A DNA stretch of 64,000 bases from Lepidodermella squamata (lineage: Eukaryota; Animalia; Gastrotricha). The DNA lies in the NCBI GenBank assembly GCA_047495785.1, contig JBLDXI010000060.1:372001-436000 (forward strand), read 5' to 3'. Under the pieces are notes generated by a model that saw only the letters and a program-made list of their open reading frames with translations, made no database searches and was not told the origin of the DNA. Positions within the stretch are counted from its first letter, which is position 1; the number at the start of each line of letters is the position of its first letter. Below are positions 60,200-64,000 of the stretch, in pieces. The translations under genes were made by a program, and so were the position numbers.

Positions 60200-60818
60200 G
60201 CTTTGGCCCAACAAGAGCGGTGATTGGTTGGCTCAAAAGGTGTCTTTTTTCGATGCCGTTGCGTTCTGTCAGCTGTTCAATCGCTGCCTGCCAACGCGAC
60301 TCTCAACTAGCACGACCACCTTGCTGTTGGAAATCTTTGAAGAATTTATCAAGAAGTCAGAAATTGCGAAGATCGCATTTTTCTTGCCTTATCGCTTATT
60401 TTTTTCTCAAAGATCAACAAATCGGTCGCTGAGTACGGCGCCTCCGCCTACATGGGCGATGAAACTACAGACGTCTGCTCTCACGAACAAGTTTCTCACG
60501 GCGGCTTTGATGGCGTGGCTGCCTATGCCGGCGCTGACAACGGCGTTCAGCAGTTGATCCGTGAAGAAAAAGAGAACAGTGACGGCCTGGTCTACAATCA
60601 TTGCCATAACCACCAGCTGCAGTTGAGCGCGGGTAATTCCTCGAAGTCAGACCCCTTGTTCCCTCGAGCTATCTCCAATTGAAATACCTTGGTAATCACT
60701 GGTTCGAACAAGCTAACCGGGTTTTCGAAGAAATTCAAACGTTGCTAGGAACGCCGATTCACCAGCTGATTCGCCCCGCGCCAACTCGCTGGCTGTCCTA
60801 CAACGGTTCTGTCGACAG
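60200..60818 (+). pseudogene. hAT transposase remnant (ZNF862-like)
   Basis: DETTD, GFDG...AG...GV, HCHNHQLQL and PTRWLS motifs, with large deletions and stops. Confidence 0.8.
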
Positions 60819-63064
60819 CATAGACAATAATACAAGATCGGAAACTTACAGTTCTCACATAGTGTAAAATTGCATCCGATGTTAGGGATTAGTGAGCGTG
60901 GTTGTTTACTTTTCTCGCTCTTGTAGCGAGTGAGCTCTCGCATACTTGCATTGAAAAAAGTATCGATTTCGAAGGCCGATTTCGCCAAGTGGTTAGTTTT
61001 CTAAATTTGTGTAAAATAGTTCAGCTGATAGAGAATTTTGCTGGCTGTCAGAATCAATAAAATAATTCCCGGCGCTAATTTTGGTCGATTTTCTACCGAA
61101 TTTTGAAAATGGCAAATTCCCGACGAAATTCCGAAATCGTCTTGAGTTTGCTGGCGGAAATTTTATACGCAATCGTATCGGAATATTATGACATAAATTC
61201 CACTGAAGTCCACTATTCATTCTCTATCAAACGAGCCCACCCTCAAAATTTTAAGATTTTATTTCGAAATTATAGAAATGGGCAACCAATTCTCAGTTTT
61301 GAGTCTTTAACGCTAAAATTATCCCGCGCCGCTCTGACACATATTGCCTGTAATTTTTTGAATACGAATTATTGAGCCAATTGCATGCAAGAGTACATTA
61401 ACTTAAAAAAAGAGTTGTCCATCGTCGTGTTACTAGCTGAAGTCTCGATCAAAACTATAATTATTTTCTATATTTTTAACGCCTTTTCACTTTCATTTCC
61501 TATTATTAAGGGGCAAATTTTGACAATTTTGACAATTTAGCTATCTGGTTTTATATTCGTGTAATTTCCATAGTAGAGCAAACAATTTGGACGCAGAATT
61601 GCCGAGGGTTTTCCGACTAATGACTTCGATTCGGTCTTCAAAATGCTATTCGATCTTAGCCATTAGCCACTATACCTATCGTGCGTCAAAACATTTCAGC
61701 TATATACATTGAATTTCTTATCCGCATTCATTTCGTTGACAATAAAGAATGCAGAAATGGTTTTTCCAATCGAACATCTATGGCTAAGAGTTGTCCACGG
61801 GTCGAATTTTCGGAACCTAGCCCGACCAGTGTAAAGGAACCTAAAAACCTGACTCGGCCCGGCCCGGCCCGGTCGGCCCGTAGTCATAATTAGCTTAATT
61901 CTAAGCAATGAGAAGTTGAATATTTTGGCTGATTTAGTACTGAAGAACAACGCTTATCACTCGGCTATGAAAGTTACAAAAAAGTCCGCTATTGAAAAGC
62001 TTGAAAATTAGAATAGATAGGATAATTATTTGAGCGAGCAGATTTATTTCTCATTTCCTAATTCAGGTTTAGATTAATGCCGCTCAAAACATACTTTCTT
62101 CGCAAATTATCTAAATTCGAAATAAAATCTTAAAATTTTGAGCTTGGGCTCGTTCGACAGATGGTGAGTAGACGTATTCAGCAGAATTTACTGTCGATTT
62201 TTCTGATACGATGGCATGTAAAATTTCCGCCTGCGAACTTGAGCCTTTTTCGCAGTTTTGCTGGAAAAGGGTTGTTTTTTAAATTGAGTAGAAAATCAAC
62301 CGAAATTGGCGCTGAAATAAACTTCAGTGATTCTGATAGCCCGCAAAATTCCCTGCAAGCCCTAATTTTAACAGGAATTAAGCTCACTAACCATTTTGTG
62401 AAATCAATCTTTAACACTTTAAATGCCAAAAATAGCCTGCGAGATCCGATATTTGGATCCAAATCCTGGGTCTGTCAAAAGTCCTCTTTTTCGGGTCAAC
62501 GATGCGTCGAGGGGCAAAATGCCTGACGGCAAAGTGTAGGCCATGACCTGGCGGTTCTTTTGACACCGAATTTGGGGCCAAAGACTTCAAGGAACGCACA
62601 GAAATCAAACTTGAAAAACAGTGAAATTTCGATTGTTGCGCCATAATCTGGGTCTAATAATTAGGTCCAATTCTTGGGTCTGATTTTTGGCTCTAATCCA
62701 AAATTTTCGACGTTATTTCACTGTCATTTTCAATGACATGCTCAGACCTTGTGGCCCCGAATTCGGTGAACCGCCAGGTCATGGCCTACACTTTGCCGTC
62801 AGGCATTTTGCCCCTCGACGCATCGTTGGCCCGAAATAAAAGACTTTTTGACAGACCCAGGAATTAGACCCAAATATCGGACCTCGCAGTCTATTTTTGG
62901 CAGTTAAAGTGTTACAATCGATAATTTTTCAATGCAAGTATGCGATCTCCCTCTCGTTAAAAGAGCGTGAAAAGTAAACAAGCAGGCTCGCTAATCCCTT
63001 GCAGCTGATGCAATTTTACACTATGTGAGAACTGTAAGTTTCCGATCTTGTATTATTGTCTATG
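60819..63064. mobile_element. Non-autonomous element with long (~370-bp) TIRs starting CATAGACAATAATAC
   Basis: The outer 58 bp are perfectly inverted at the 63064 end; inverted similarity also between ~60990-61185 and ~62200-62395. No TSD (GTCGACAG vs GGTGTGTG). Confidence 0.8.
62415..62911. mobile_element. MITE with ~145-bp TIRs (piggyBac-like TTAA target), nested in the right TIR of the 60819-63064 element
   Basis: TTAA|CACTTTAAATGCCAAAAATAG ... CTATTTTTGGCAGTTAAAGTG|TTAC. Confidence 0.82.
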
Positions 63065-64000
63065 GGTGTGTGATTCAAATTTCAGCCGGAGTGTGGCACG
63101 AAGCTCATGAAATCGTGGTTCAAATCGATATATCTAAATATCAATAATCCATCGATCGAATTTGAATTGTCAGCGAGTAGCGATCGGTGTCCCGAGCTCA
63201 TCATTCAAACTTCGACTGGGCTTCAAATTCAAGCTGGCTATATTTGGGAACATTGCCATTTTGGCGTGTATGGCGTGGCTAAGAAGGTTCCGGCTCAGCA
63301 TGGCTATGATACTGAAATACGATTCGAAAATGAAGCGGCAATGTGTAGTTTTCAACATTTCAACGTTCGACGTTTGGCTTTGAGGTCTATGGCTAGAGGA
63401 TAGAGACTTTTCCTATTAGTTCCATAGAGAGTAATAGTAAATAGAGCCTTTATTAGTTTCAAATTGTTACGATGTTATGCTTTTTTCCTCATTTCTTTTG
63501 CGTCCATGTTTCAAAATCCATATGAATGGTCTCAATGTTTGTAACAACAAAAACTTCTCCTATGATAAAATAAAGGTAACGACGTTCGGACGATAGTGAA
63601 TACATACATGTGACAGTGGGCGATGACTTCACGAGACTTTTTTTTCCAAGTGGCAACAGCTCAATCGCTCGAAATCACATATCCTGGCAGTGTTTTTTCG
63701 ACTTCGTCAGTAAATAGCGGGCCTATCAATCAATCGATTCAATTCAATTTAATTCAATCAATCCCATGGACAAAAATTCCTCTAGTCGAAATTAAGTCGA
63801 TATTTTTCTGAAAATAGATTGGAAAGATATGAATGCATCTCTGTTCAACGTTCTTATTCTTCGCAATGAAGAACTTAGAGCCCAATTTGATTTTATAAGT
63901 AATGAAAATTGAAGAAATAATAAGAAAAAGTAGGACGCTCGAACTCATTTTTTGTCTTGTGGCAGAATCAGATGCGTGATTTTTGCCGCGCGTGGATCAA

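Overview
Eukaryotic genomic DNA, very likely from an invertebrate animal, with short (~50-nt) GT-AG introns. The window has two parts. (1) 1-14.5 kb is a gene-dense host block: GNAT acetyltransferase, signal-peptide ankyrin protein, SCAMP-like protein, TSPO, PP2C, a 2H phosphoesterase and three unknown genes. (2) ~15.4-64 kb is a nested transposon island with no recognisable host genes. It holds a large, rearranged Helitron-like system: a displaced Rep-like fragment, a spliced OB-fold/Cys-cluster gene, a Zn-finger-OTU protease gene, and a PIF1-type helicase fused to a C-terminal GIY-YIG nuclease. It also holds a compact tyrosine-recombinase cassette with two small membrane proteins and a signal-peptide/TM protein whose cysteine pattern resembles the Gex1/Kar5/Brambleberry nuclear-fusion domain. 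Other elements are a decayed Gypsy LTR retrotransposon (-1 frameshift signal, CACTA-like insertion), a 5'-truncated RTE-like LINE, an apparently intact piggyBac with a Crypton (DUF3504) in its first intron, a hAT remnant, a tRNA-derived SINE and several MITEs. The best candidates for an undescribed system are the YR + Gex1-like cassette (42.6-47.5 kb) and the OTU/PIF1-GIY-YIG Helitron-like element (18.5-40.6 kb). All family assignments come from reading motifs by eye; no database search was run.
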